Positions 13,721-26,842 are shown, numbered from the stretch's first letter. The stretch: 64,000 nucleotides of DNA from Octopus sinensis (GCF_006345805.1 NW_021833269.1:21597-85596), one strand, 5' to 3'. A program made the numbers and translations. The notes: a model not told the origin generated them from the letters alone.

Positions 13721-14461
13721 CGTTAGCTACAAATACGAACAAACAAGTCTATTTCAGATACAAATTTCGCTTTTTCCGGGAACGTTGATAATTTGAATAC
13801 ATGTTTATGTAATTTTCCAAGTGTTTATCATTCGGAAATATAATTCCGTTGTGTCCATAACCCACCCACCCCGAAAAAAAACGCCATGTTGTGTTTCTGT
13901 TATATTATGATATCTATTCAATAATTGGGTTTTCATTTCAGATTGTTTACGTTGTATTATAATATTACATGTTATATACTTATTATATTTTACGAAATAT
14001 TTAGATTTCCGTGTGTCAATGTGTCTGTTGCATAAATATATATATATATATATATATACAAAGAGAGTGACAGACAGAAAGAGAGAGGGTGAGAGAGCTG
14101 GTGAGTGAGAGAGAGAGTGTATGTGTGCGAGAGATAAATAGATATACATACATATGTATATGTATATATATATATATATATAATATATATATCTATATAT
14201 ATATATATATGTATATATATGCATACATATAATATTGTTTATGTTTATATATATGAATATATATATATACATATATATGTATATGTATCACATATATATG
14301 TTATATTTCTATGTGTATATTATGTATATATATATATGTATATATAGTATATATGTATAAATATATATCTATATGTATATATTTGTATATATATATATAT
14401 ATATATACATATATTACATACATATGCATATATATATATATGCATACATAGATATACATAT

Positions 14462-14847
14462 ACTAGCAGTATCGCCCGGCGTTGCTCGGGTTTGTAAGGG
14501 AAATAACTATAAAGCATTTTTAGAGAGTTATAGCCAAAAAATAGCAAAAAAATGGAAAAAAAATTATGGTAAACTTTTTTTGAGAGTTAAAACGGTCGAG
14601 TTGCATCCCCTAGACAGTCTGTGGTTTGTGTTTCTGATTCTCGACCCCATGTCGAATTTATCGATTTTTTTCAGAACTGGGGGAACTTTTCAAAATTTTC
14701 TCTGCGTTAGTTTTGAATTATGACATTGGGCTATGTGTGTGTCAAGTTTCATCAGAATCGGTTGAGAGCCGTTGTCAGGGTGAGGGTACAAGCAAACAGA
14801 CACACAGACACACACACAGACAAACTGCCGTTTATATAGAGAGAGAT
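14462..14847 (+). mobile_element. Non-autonomous Helentron-associated (HINE/DINE-1-like) element
   Basis: Start ACTAGCAGTATCGCCCGGCGTTGCTCGGG (subterminal hairpin); end AAGTTTCATCAGAATCGG...(ACAG/AC)n...TTTATATAGAGAGAGAT. Confidence 0.72.
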
Positions 14848-15344
14848 GTATGTTATACACATTTTCGCATGTGTATGAATGTATAAATGAAGAGACTGTC
14901 TGTCTAAAAGAGGAAAATATTCATATGGAAAAAGAGAGACAGAGTTGGTGGGAGCGACAGAAATATAAGCTACATAGACCAATAGATTAGTACATACATA
15001 AAATTATATTCCTTCATAAATACTTGTACACATATATAGAAGCATGCGGCCGTCACATTGTGTCTACGATTTACCATTATGCTGTCAAAAGCTGCTGCTT
15101 TTGACGCTTGGTACCCAATCCTACCATTAGCACTGTCATGACATCAAATCAACTGTCTGAGAATTCTTTCGAGATATAAACGGTAAGTTCCATTTAGTTA
15201 ACTGAACGATAAGTATTTGATTGATGACTAATATTGTTAAATAGACCAACATTATTGAACTTCTGTTCGAAACAAACTGATAAACAGTGATTTCGAATAT
15301 ATAACATTTTGCAACATCAAACATAGTGTTGTGTTCAATACCGG

Positions 15345-15535
15345 AAAATTTGCACACGCAAATGCTTAGCAGTAACTCACTGTCGCTACGTTCGGAGCTG
15401 AAATTCCGACAAGGTCCTCCTTGCTTTTTATGCTTTCTCGGTTGATGAATTAAGCACCAGTGAGACACTGGGGTCGATGTAATCGACAAGTCCCCGACCC
15501 CCAAATTTCAGCCCTTGTGACCTTAGCAGGAAGGA
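15345..15535 (+). mobile_element. Degenerate SINE family A (alternative tail) ending in (ATT)n
   Basis: CACTGGGGTCGATGTAATCGAC core; tail CCCAAATTTCAGCCCTTGTG...GGAAGG-ATTATT. Confidence 0.7.
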
Positions 15536-15596
15536 TTATTATTATTATTGTTGTTGTTGTTGCTATTATTATTATTATTATTATTATTATTATCAT

Positions 15597-16378
15597 TCAG
15601 TAGTTTTATTTTTATATCGTGCTTTCACTTCACTACCGAGCGCAGCTCTGTGTGCCTTGGGTATGTGCTGTGATTTGTTGTGATGCTCTGATGGTTATTG
15701 TATGGAAAGTGTTCTACGTAGGATGTGTGCAGTGCCTAGTAGTGCAATTTTCTGTAAGTGTTTGTAAGTCCTGGTGTTTTTGTTATGTATTTGTCTGAAT
15801 ATTTTTTATCATGCCTAATGCACCTACTATGATAGGAATTGTTTCTATTTTTAGATTCCATATTCTGGTTACCTCTATTTCCAGGTCTTTGTATTTTGAA
15901 AGTTTCTCCATTTCTTTTAGAGACACATTGTCATCTGCCGGTATTGATACATCAATTAGAAAGCAATTTTTTTCTTCATGATCTCTGACAACTATATCTG
16001 GTCTGTTGGCCTTAACTTCTCTATCTGTGTGTATAGGCATATCCCATGTCCCATATCCCATATCGGCATATCCCATATCTCGTTTTCTGTGACCTTTTCT
16101 GGTGTGTGCCTATACCATCTTTTTTCTGTTACTATTCCATAATGTTGGGATAGCTTCCAGTGTATGTAGGTTCCAACTCTGTCATGTCTGTGAATATATT
16201 CCTTCTTAGCCAGGACTGGGCAGCTAGAGATAATATGATTTATTGTTTCTTGTCCATCTCCACATATTCTGCAGTTACTTGTTATATTTCTTTTCATTAC
16301 ATGTTTTTGGTAATTTCTGGTGGGGAGGCTTTGGTCTTGTGCTGCAATTAAAAATCCCTCTGTCTCTGCTTTGAGTCC

Positions 16379-16380
<2 letters not shown>
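15597..16380 (-). mobile_element. R4/Dong-clade LINE 3' fragment (CCHC knuckle + restriction-like endonuclease) in (TAA)n
   Basis: IAAQDQSLPTRNYQKH...CRICGDGQETINHIISSCPVLAKKEYIHRHD...NRPDIVV...IDVSIP...EKLSKYKDL...PIIVGALG; (TTA)n on both flanks. Confidence 0.93.
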
Positions 16381-16429
<49 letters not shown>

Positions 16430-16452
16430 TATTATTATTATTATTATTTAAT

Positions 16453-16570
16453 AATCTTATTTTTATCACGTGCTTTCACTGCACTAATGAGCGCAGCTCT
16501 GTGAGCCTTGGATACTTGCAGTGGTTTGTTGTGATGCTCTTATTTTTACTGTATTGAAATGTTTTACGTA
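16453..16570 (-). mobile_element. Second short 3' end of the same R4/Dong family
   Basis: Similar to 15605-15730 (GTGCTTTCACT...GAGCGCAGCTCTGTG..CCTTGG...TACGTAGGATG). Confidence 0.75.
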
Positions 16571-17084
16571 GGATGTATTCTATGCACACAATTACGAGGT
16601 ACTGGTTTCAATTCCTAGATCGTGTGATTTCCTGTGTCCTTGAGCAAAGTACTTCGTCTCACGTTGATCTGCGGTCACATCGACACATGGCGTATGGTAC
16701 ACGTTGTACCTTTTGAAGCAACGTCGATTTGATAAAGAGAGTGAGCTTAAAAGCATCACAGAAATTTGATCAATATAAGTAGACCATTTGTGCTCGTTGT
16801 TGAGCAGGATGTTGCAGAGCTGTCCCACAGTGAATTCGAGAGCCTAGCATCAATAGAATATGAGTTACTTGAGGTAGATTTCGCACATTTTCAAATATGA
16901 AAGTATACAATGAAAACGAGAAATATGATAAAGGAATATGTGAGGATTTATTTTATGAGAAACAGATAGAATCTTCAACTGAGGATAAAGAATATCATAT
17001 CACGAAATTCAATGGTTGGAGAACAATATAGATGTATTAGAAAGAAACACTTGTTAAACAATAAAAAGTAAAGATTCCGTACAG

Positions 17085-17376
17085 TCACGACTGACCATGG
17101 GATTGCACCAAGCAAGGTTGTTTATGGAAGACCATCAGTCGACCATGTATACCAGCTTTCCCTCTTTACACCACCGATGTTGTCCAAGGGAAAGGCAAAG
17201 GGGCTGATACAGCTTAGCACCAGTGACGTCGCATCTCATTTTTACGACTGAGTGAACTGGAGCAACGTGAAATAAAGTGTCTTGCTCAAGAGCACAACAC
17301 AGAGCCCAGACCGGTAGTCGAACTCATTACCTCATGATTGTGAGCGCGACGCTCTGATCACTGAGCCATGCGCCTT
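17085..17376 (-). mobile_element. tRNA-derived SINE family C (tail W)
   Basis: AAGGCGCATGGCTCAGTG A-box, GAGTTCGA B-box, CTTGAGCAAGACACTTTATTTCACGTTGCTCCAG core shared with other copies. Confidence 0.85.
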
Positions 17377-17558
17377 TAACAACTTAAGTTTTAGAGAAGG
17401 TGCGAAATCTAGTGGGTTAACAACTTCGATGCCGATCATAAATTCGTGGGTGCTTTTACAGGTCTGTCAGAAGTGTATTGTGGACTTGAGCAAGAAACTG
17501 TATTCTGCATTGCTCTGCTTATATTTACTCAGCTGGCGAGAATGCGTATCAAAACTTA

Positions 17559-17745
17559 CTACATTATTTACATTATTTACATTATTTACATTATTTACAT
17601 TATTTACATTATTTACATTTGAGAGATATTTATCCTCATCTTTTTTGTTGTTAACACCACGTTTCGGCTGATATACCCTCCAGCCTTCATCAGGAAATTT
17701 CGAACTCGGCTTCTTATTCCTAAGGTATTTTCGATGTTGTTGTTG

Positions 17746-17786
<41 letters not shown>

Positions 17787-17878
17787 TATATTATTATTAT
17801 TATTATTATTATTTATGGTACAGCTTGGAATCGAACTCGGAATCTTGGGGTTATTAGACCGCGCTCTTAACCACTACG
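17559..17878 (-). mobile_element. Composite element: tRNA-like head, (TAA)n, hammerhead-like core, (AATGTAAAT)n tail
   Basis: Head CGTAGTGGTTAAGAGCGCGGTCTAATAACCCCAAGATTCCGAGTTCGATTCC (17820-17878); hammerhead-like core 17652-17693; 9-mer tail 17559-17619. Confidence 0.6.
17652..17693 (-). ncRNA. Hammerhead ribozyme-like core (probably inactive copy)
   Basis: CUGAUGA-A-GGCUG-GAGGGUAUAU-CAGCC-GAA-AC-GU-G; perfect 5-bp stem II, but G at the cleavage position and no stem I partner. Confidence 0.55.
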
Positions 17879-18095
17879 TCGTGAGGTAGTGAGTTGGACT
17901 ACCGGACTGGGCTGTGTGTTGTGATCTTGAGCAAGACACTTTATTTCACATTGCTCCAGTTCAATCCGCAGTAAAAATGAGATGCGACGTCACTGGTGCC
18001 AAGCTGTATCGGCCCCTTTGCCTTTCCTTTGGACAACATCGGTGGTGTAAAGAGGGGAAGCTGGGTTATGCTTGGTTGATTCATGATCTTCCATA
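17878..18095 (+). mobile_element. SINE family C, 5'-truncated
   Basis: Core and tail W match 17085-17376. Confidence 0.8.
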
Positions 18096-18249
18096 GTAGT
18101 TGATCTGTTTCAGTTTAGGATAACTGACGAATCATTTGTATATCCGACAAACATACGGAATAATAATAATTATTATCATATTAGTAACATTAACAAGACT
18201 GACTATTATCCACAATGTTTCCTAACCATGCTGAAGTAATTATTTGTGC

Positions 18250-18640
18250 ACTGCGCAAGAGTATCGCTTTTTTTCTCTTTGTCCACCACTCGTAATTTTT
18301 TTAAGATGGAGCAACAATAACGTCTGTCTTTGAACCCGTATTCAAGGAGGCAATAAGAAATATAGTTATATTAAGAAATAGACTCATGAAGCAAGCCAAA
18401 TATGAGGATGATATACTCGTAACAATACAGAGATCAGAATGCTGAGAAATTAACGCAGACACTACTTATATTCAATTAAAAAAACACTTACAAAATATTC
18501 GATAATCACAATTATACAAATGAAATTTCTTCCTTATTCAGCGACTCCATTTCTAGACACAAACATCGAACTCAGACACATCGGATGGAACATGTTCATT
18601 TGCACCAAAGACGTAAACATGTTTATGTTGAGAGGCAGTG
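18250..18640 (+). pseudogene. Decayed Penelope-like reverse transcriptase fragment
   Basis: Frameshifted motifs in PLE order: degenerate SPPL(A)NF.ME, then LRNRL...KYEDDILV (YVDD), then TPFLDTNIEL...W...CTK. Confidence 0.55.
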
Positions 18641-19479
18641 AGTTTCTAAGTATTATAGAAAAGGGTCTCTGGTAAAATACTACTTAGAAGACTATCTAGA
18701 TTATTCTTATGAAATTCTTATGAAAAGTAATCATTAGATAAAGAAATCTTTCCCATTCTAATGCCATTAAGACGTTAATACGACGAGACAGAATGACTTC
18801 GTCTTTTGAAGTTCATAAGACGCCAGGCCTAATAAAAAAAATATAGATAAAATTAAGCGCGTAATGTGTATTTTAGTAATCAAATATAAACTAACTAATG
18901 AAAAGATGAACGCATCGTCAACAGCCTCTGAAACGAGATCATAACAGAAATTAAATTAAGTAATAAACCAACATTAATAATACATTATAAAAAAATCTGA
19001 ATGAATAGTTTTCTTATTAAAAACAGAAAATTATCACTTCCAATATACGAACTATTAGACAAACTTCTACTGATTGATGCGATTTAAAACTTTGATTGCA
19101 GAATTAAAAGTTTTATATTTCACGACTGCAACTTCTCTATCTGGCCAAAAAAGCATGAAGTTGTCCTTCTGATTTCCTATGCATTTACTACAAGGAAGAT
19201 TTAGTTCGCATTACACACAGCACTCAGTTCATGATATAAAATAATATTATTCAGGAACAAATTTCTAGCAAAGAAATATACACAAGCGCTGTCTTGTAGC
19301 AATATCCCCACTCCCAAAACAAATCCGATTACGTATTTTATATCTAATATTTATTCTATCCGTTCTTAGGTCGAACGAATAAATTAGTAAAACAACACTG
19401 CTTGTCAAGCGATCGCAGGACAAACACAATCAAATAGGCTCTTAAACGTACGCATGCACACGCAAAATATATATAAATA

Positions 19480-19492
19480 CATACATACATAC

Positions 19493-19539
<47 letters not shown>

Positions 19540-19569
19540 GAGAAAGAGAGAGAGAGAGAGAGAGAGGAG

Positions 19570-19641
<72 letters not shown>

Positions 19642-19670
19642 GATAGATAGATGTGTGTGTATGTGTGTTA
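19480..19670. repeat. (TA)n-(GA)n-(GATA)n compound microsatellite
   Basis: Visible. Confidence 0.95.
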
Positions 19671-20205
19671 TAATTTAGAAAAAAACAGTAAAATGTTGTC
19701 ATTATAGTACTCGGAGTATCGAATGCTTGAGCGAAGAACTACGATACATTATCGTCGGGTATTAATGGCAACAGACGCTCTGAAAAACCATTGAATAAAA
19801 GGGAAGTTTCTCTAATAGGTAGTAAAATAAAAAGGAAAATAAGATAAAAAATACAAAGGTGACTATTACGATGTTATATTTACGCGTATCTAGGTCCATT
19901 TCTATGAAACAAGTGTAAAGGATTATGAAAAATGGAAACTATTATCTATTTTAACTTCCAATCAACTTCATTTGACTAATATGAATGAATTTGTTGAACT
20001 TTAGTGAGTTAAGTCATATACTGATAGAGTTAATACAAGCTTTCATACCTGTACAACTTTTTAAAAAACTTCGTCAGTAAAGTATGAAGAGCGGTGGTGC
20101 CCCAGCATGGCCGCGGCCTTCGGACTAAAACATTTTAAAGGATTTATAAAGCATTTGAAATCTAAGGAAAAAATTCCAATTAAAGGACGAACAAACATTC
20201 ATCGG

Positions 20206-20239
<34 letters not shown>

Positions 20240-20536
20240 ATATATATACATATGTCAATATATGTATGTATGTATGCATGTATGTATGTATGTATGTATG
20301 TATGTATGTATGTATGTATGTATGTATGTATGTAGATATTATTATAATTAATAATACCAACAATAATATAAGCGGGCAGCAAGCCTTATATTGAGAAAGG
20401 CAAATTCATGAATTTATAATTGATTATTAATTATAATTGATGGTCTACATTGAGGGTGTTTCTAGCAACGCTGGTAGTTCGATACCCTCAATTATAATTA
20501 ATAATAATAATAATAATATATATATATATTATATAT

Positions 20537-20611
<75 letters not shown>

Positions 20612-20618
20612 ATATATA

Positions 20619-20662
<44 letters not shown>

Positions 20663-20666
<4 letters not shown>

Positions 20667-20977
20667 AGCACTCCGTCGGCTGCGACGACGAGGGTCCCAG
20701 TTGATCCGAATCAACGGAACAGTCTGCTCGTGAAATCAACGTGCAGGTGGCTGAGCATTCCACAGACACGTAGTTCTCGGGGAGATTCAGTGTGACACAG
20801 AGTGGGACAAGGCTGACCCTTTGAAATACAAGTAGAACTCATTTTTGACAGCTGAGTGGACGAGAACAACGTGAAATAAAGTGTCTTGCTCAAGGACACA
20901 ACACGCTGCCGGGTATTGAACTCACGACCTTACGATCATGAGCCGAATGCCCCTAACCACTAAGCCACGCGCCTTCA
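20663..20977 (-). mobile_element. SINE family C head with tail X
   Basis: Family C head and core; tail AAAGGGTCAGCCTTGTC...GAATCTCCCCGAGAAC shared with 51085. Confidence 0.85.
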
Positions 20978-21004
20978 CTATATACACACATACATATATA
21001 GATA

Positions 21005-21171
21005 TAGGAGTGGATGTGTGGTAAGTAGCTTGTTTACCAACCACATAGTTCCGGGTTCAGTCCCACTGCGTGGCACCTTGGGCAAGTGTCTTCTACTATA
21101 GCCTCGGGCCGACCAAAGCCTTGTGAGTGGATTTGGTAGACGGAAACTGAAAGAAGCCCGTCGTATATATG

Positions 21172-21202
<31 letters not shown>

Positions 21203-21404
21203 CTGTGTTTGTCCCCCTAGCATTGCTTGACAACCGATGCTGGTGTGTTTATGTCCCCGTCACTTAGCGGTTCGGCAAAAAGAGACCGATAGAATAAGTA
21301 CTAGGCTTACAAAGAATAAGTCCCGGGGTCGACTTGCTCGATTAAAGGCGGTGCTCGAGCATGGCCGCAGTCAAATGACTGAAACAAGTAAAAGAGTAAA
21401 AGAG
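21005..21404 (+). mobile_element. SINE family B (tRNA head, CORE-like CCTTGGGCAAG segment, internal microsatellite, AAAAGAGT tail)
   Basis: TGG.TGTGTGG / GGTTCAGTCCC boxes; near-identical to other copies in the window. Confidence 0.92.
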
Positions 21405-22019
21405 ATATATGTATACATATATATATACCTACATAAATAGATACATAAATATATTCTACATGGATGTATGTGTTTGTGTAGCATGTGAGTTTTACTGAAG
21501 ATGCTGCTTAATAGTACAAGGAGTGTGTAGCTTAATAACATAATCAACGCTAACAGAATTGAAAATTGGTCATCGTTCGTTCCGAACACATATGACCATC
21601 TCTAATGCAAGTGGCCACTTAGCTTAACGCTTAGCACATCATTTGCTTTTCGACATTGACAACTGAATTGGCAGGATTGTAGGAGAATCAACATCGAATC
21701 TGACAGCATAATGTAGTGTTATTTGGAGATGGAAATAAATAGAAGAAAAACAGAGTACAGACTAACTACCATTCTCTAAATTGATGGATTTCATGAAATT
21801 ATAAAACGTGGGAGAGATGAAACAATATTACTATTGAGATGGGAGTTGGTATTCCTTGAATTCTGCGCCGTAATTCTACAGAGTAGGATGTTGGATGTGC
21901 CGAGTTGACAGAGCGCGGGAGATAATAGATAGTTCTTTAATCGAAAAGCCGGATGATCGTAAGAAGGGCGTCTAGGCAACGCTGTCGACGTCAGTACTTT
22001 ATTTGTATTTTATTTCATC

Positions 22020-22255
22020 ATGAAGGCGGCGAGCTGGCAGCAACGTTAGCACGCCGGGCGAAATGCTTAGCGGTATTTCGTCTGCGTTACGTTGTGAGTT
22101 CAAATTCCGCCGAGGTCGACTTTGTCTTTCATCCTTTCGGGGTCGATAAATTAAGTACCAGTTACGCACTGGGGTCGATGTAATCGACTTAATACCTATG
22201 TCTGTCCTTGTTTGTCCCCTCTGTGTTTAGCCCCTTGTGGGTAATAAAGAAATAG
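22020..22255 (+). mobile_element. SINE family A with 15-bp TSD GTATTTTATTTCATC
   Basis: TSD at 22005-22019 and 22256-22270. Confidence 0.93.
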
Positions 22256-22995
22256 GTATTTTATTTCATCGACATCGAAAGGATGATAAGCAGTCAACGT
22301 CAATCCTGACCAGACTCGATCTCGGAACGCAAAGCTCCGTAGCAGCAAAACTGAACATTTTTCTGACGCTTTAATGGCCAGATCGCCGCTTAATGCTACA
22401 TCCTGCCTTGTTACAAACCGATGGCCATGAGAACAAAACCCACTTTGGACAACAGTGCATTTCGTCCTTGCAGGGTTTAAAAGATAAATGAATATGATTG
22501 ACTTACGTTTTACCTTTTCATGTTTCAGTTATTAGACTGCGGCCACGCTGGGGCCTCGCCTTGAAGAATTTTTATTTGGATATACTTATATAGTACCCAC
22601 GTTTTGCAACCGCTAGGTTAACACACGTACACCAGTTGTTAAGCGGTGATAGGGGAAGAAGAAAATACAGAAAGACACATACAAGTATGCGCCGGCACAC
22701 ACATACACACATATATACACACATACATAAATACGTACATACATTCATACATACATACAAAAATACTGTTGTTGATGTTGAAATTCCGATGTAGGAGCCG
22801 TTTCTTTCTCTATTGGCAAGAACTCTTGGAATAAAGCTGAATAATCACACACACACACGCAAACAAACATGCACAGCACAACATACACATGCTTAGATAC
22901 ATGCATACATACATACATATATACATACATACATACATACATACATACATACATACATACATACATACATACACACATACATACATACATACATA

Positions 22996-23403
22996 CTCTT
23001 TTACTCTTTTACTGTTTCAGTCATTTCACTGCGGCCAGTTGGAGCACCGCCTTTAGTCGAGCAAATCGACCCCGGGACTTATTCTGTAAGCCTAGTACTA
23101 TATTCTATTGGGCTCTTTTGCCGAACCGCTAAGTGGCGGGGACGGACGTAAACAGATCAGCACCGGTTGTCAAGCAATGCTAGGGGAACAAACACAGACA
23201 CACAAACACACACACATATATATATATATACATATATACGACAGGCTTCTTTCAGTTTCCGTCTACCAGATCCACTCATAAGGCATTAGTCGGCCCGGGG
23301 TTATAGCAGAAGACACTTGCCGAAGATGCCACGCAGTGGGACTGAACCCGGAACCATGTGGTTGGTTAGCAAGCTACTTACCACACAGCCACTCCTGCGC
23401 CTA
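22996..23403 (-). mobile_element. SINE family B, full length
   Basis: Reverse complement of 21005-21404. Confidence 0.92.
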
Positions 23404-23696
23404 TAACATGTGTATTTTTTAAAGGTAAAAACAAAACGAAACATCTGTACCGATCTGATGATGAATCTGCACCTACGCTTGGTTGATTTATAGTATTTAG
23501 ATTAATATATCAGGTAATTTATGCAGTTGAATATGTTAAAGGTAGCTTCAGTGATTACCGTAGGAGTTGTGATTCGAAAAAGAGGGAAAGACATCGCTAC
23601 GCAGATAACTATATTTAGCGGGCATCAGAGGAAAATTTAAAAGAGGCTTAAACGTAAACATTTCCAGGCAAGCTAAAAAATATGAATTTATATATC

Positions 23697-23890
23697 GAAG
23701 GGAAAGGCCAAGGGGCCGATACTGCTTAGCACCTGTGACGTCACAATTCATCTCTACAGCTGCGAGAACTGAAGCAACGTGAAATATAGTGTCTTAATCA
23801 AGAACACAACTCACAACCAGATACAGGAATTTAACTCGCTTTCTCATATTTGTCAGCCCGATGCTGTAACCACTGAGCCATGCGCCTTCA
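23697..23890 (-). mobile_element. SINE family C
   Basis: Head, core and partial tail W. Confidence 0.8.
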
Positions 23891-24383
23891 CTTTTGCATA
23901 TAAAATATATTTTTCTCATATATAATAATCTATAATTTTTATGTATTTATCTGGGCGTTTAAAATGATTTCTAAAAAGCAGCAAAGTATTATAAACTATC
24001 AAACTATGTTTAACACCAGGGCTAGAACCATGTTTTGATAATACTTATCTCAGCATTACAGACCATATATCACGTACCAATATAGCGCAGTATGATATCG
24101 GAATCGAAGTTCTAATTAATGGTACGTGGTACCTGTAGCCTGGGGTGACAGCATGGAGGAAGATACATGCACAGACATACGCACGTAACCCAATGATGGT
24201 GGCGGTGGTGGCAGTACTGGGGTAGTAGTAGTAGTAGTAGTAGTAGTAGTAAGCGTTTACTTTTGTTTTAGACAAGACGGTGACTTGCTTTCGCATATAC
24301 ATTTACAAGACACACACACATACATGCATAAATATGAATATATATACATATACACCTATAAATATAAAATAATATAATAATAA

Positions 24384-24386
24384 TGA

Positions 24387-24417
<31 letters not shown>

Positions 24418-24514
24418 AAAAAAAAGAAAACGAAAAAGAAATAAAAGAAAAATAAGAAACAGAAGAAGAAAAAGGAGAAAAAGAAAAAAGAAAAGGAAGA
24501 AGGAGAAGAAAACG

Positions 24515-24603
<89 letters not shown>

Positions 24604-24715
24604 AAGAAAAAAAAGAAAACGAAAAAGAAATAAAAGAAAAATAAGAAACAGAAGAAGAAAAAGGAGAAAAAGAAAAAAAGAAAAGGAAGAAGGAGAAGAA
24701 GAAAACGAAAACGAA

Positions 24716-24776
<61 letters not shown>

Positions 24777-24895
24777 AGAAGAAGAAGAAAAAGAAGAGAA
24801 GAAGAAGAAGAAGAAAAAGAGAAGAAGAAAAAGAAAAGAAGAAAAAGAAAAAAAAGAAAAGGAAGAAGAAAACGAAATAATAATAATAATAATAA

Positions 24896-24926
<31 letters not shown>

Positions 24927-25070
24927 AAGAAAAAGAAAAAAAAGAAGATGAAGAAAAAGAAGAAAAAGAAAAGGAAGAAAAAGAAGAAGGAGGAGGAGGA
25001 GGAGAAGTAGTAGTAGTAGTTGTAGAAGAAGATGATGATGTTGATGATGACGACGACGACGATGAGAAAA
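24384..25070. repeat. (AAG)n/(AAT)n compound microsatellite with ~190-bp higher-order duplication
   Basis: Block AAAAAAAGAAAACGAAAAAGAAATAAAAGAAAAATAAGAAACAG... occurs at ~24418 and ~24608. Confidence 0.9.
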
Positions 25071-25770
25071 AAGAAATTGGTTTTTTGTATTTGCTACTGG
25101 GGTAAAGAATTTACATATGATTACGGTTATGTGCGATATTAGCTGTTCCACAGTCATTTGCATATACCTGCATATATCTATACATATGTAGATATATATA
25201 CACGAATACATACACACCAACACATGTGTGTATGTGCGTGGGATGAATGTGTCAGCATCTGAATCGTTATTAAAGTAATAATCATATCGCATATATCAGA
25301 GAAGCTACGGGCGACAGGATTTTCATAATACGTCTCTACAACAACAAACCCATTTATTTAGATATCCCTTTCTAATAATATGGTATGGCATTATTGTATT
25401 TAAATAAAAATACGCGATAAATTCTCACAAGAACGAAATACTATGCAACTGCTCGGCGTGTGTTCGTAAACATTGTATGTGTTTATTTTTTAAACTTTGT
25501 TTTTAATGTCATGTTATGTATCAGAACAATTTTGCATCCAACTGAAGGATTGCACAAAACGCTTAAATGCAGTATGTGTTTATTAAGGCTTCAGAATTGC
25601 GTGGTTGGCAGTGACTTAGCACTTTCGTCCAGTTAAACATTGTCACCTTATTTCACGAAACGTCAAATTTTCTTTCCTTCCAAACTTCTTGTAAATGTTT
25701 TGTAAAGATTTACATGTTTTATGCGTGTATACATCCTTACACACAAACACACCACACACACACACACACA

Positions 25771-25836
<66 letters not shown>

Positions 25837-25961
25837 TATATATATATGTATGTATATATATTTAATAATATCAGGGTAATAAAGATTTTAGAAATTTTTA
25901 CTACCAGTGGATTGGCATATAGAAACGTTAGTCAATATATTGTATAATATTCATATAAATA

Positions 25962-26275
25962 CAGTGTACATTTAAACACATAAGAGGTATGTGTCATAGG
26001 ATTCAAATTATAATGTATAAGCACGAGACACAAGCTGGATTGCCTCGTACTTATATGTTTAATCTAGGCTTACCTGTTGATGAAGATTTCGCCTAGCAAA
26101 TTATTTTATTTCCTAAAAATGTCAGAAACCATGGTCCGGGAGATAGATGGTAAATGTTTTTATTTTTCCTTACCTTCGAAGTTTTATCCCTAATAGTGGT
26201 TTGAACTTTGGCTATTCCTTCTAGCGTGCCAGGAATCCTATGACGGATACCTCTTATGTGTTTAAATGTACACAG
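25962..26275. mobile_element. Tc1/mariner-type MITE with TA flanks and ~44-bp TIRs
   Basis: TA-CAGTGTACATTTAAACACATAAGAGGTAT...ATACCTCTTATGTGTTTAAATGTACACAG-TA. Confidence 0.85.
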
Positions 26276-26517
26276 TATATATACACATGTATATAGAGAG
26301 ATTAGATAGTTAGGGAGAGGTATTTATAGAGATAAATAGATAGATAGATTCCTAGATACATATATATATATATGTGTGAGTGTTTATCGAGCGAAAACAC
26401 CTATAAGTGTGTGTGTCTGTGTTTGCGACCCACAACCGCTTGACAGTCGGTGATGGAACTATTAGGACCCTGTAACATATCAAAGAGACCGATAGGAAAC
26501 GTAAGAAGCTTAAAATC

Positions 26518-26842
26518 TGAGACCCCCTTCGGTCACGACACAGACCATGGGATCGCACCTAGAAAGTTACCCTCCTAGACACAAGTCCGGGCGAGGTTGT
26601 TTATGGAAGACCAGCAGTCACCCATGCATATCGGCCTCCCCTCTCCACGCCACCAGTGTTATCCAAGGGAAAGGCAAAGGGGCCGATGCAGATTGGCACC
26701 TGTGGCGTCGCAACTCATTTCTACAGCTGAGTGAACTGGAGCAACGTGAAATAAAGTGCCTTGCTCAAGAACACAACACGCAGCCCGGTCCGGGATTCGA
26801 GCTCACAACCTCACGATCGTAAGCTCGACGCTCTAACCACTA
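26518..26842 (-). mobile_element. SINE family C (tail W)
   Basis: Matches 41404-41741. Confidence 0.88.

Noticed and set aside
24054-24121. Plus-strand exon candidate ITDHISRTNIAQYDIGIEVLIN
   Set aside because: Weak polypyrimidine tract and no recognisable homology; such AG/GT pairs arise often by chance.
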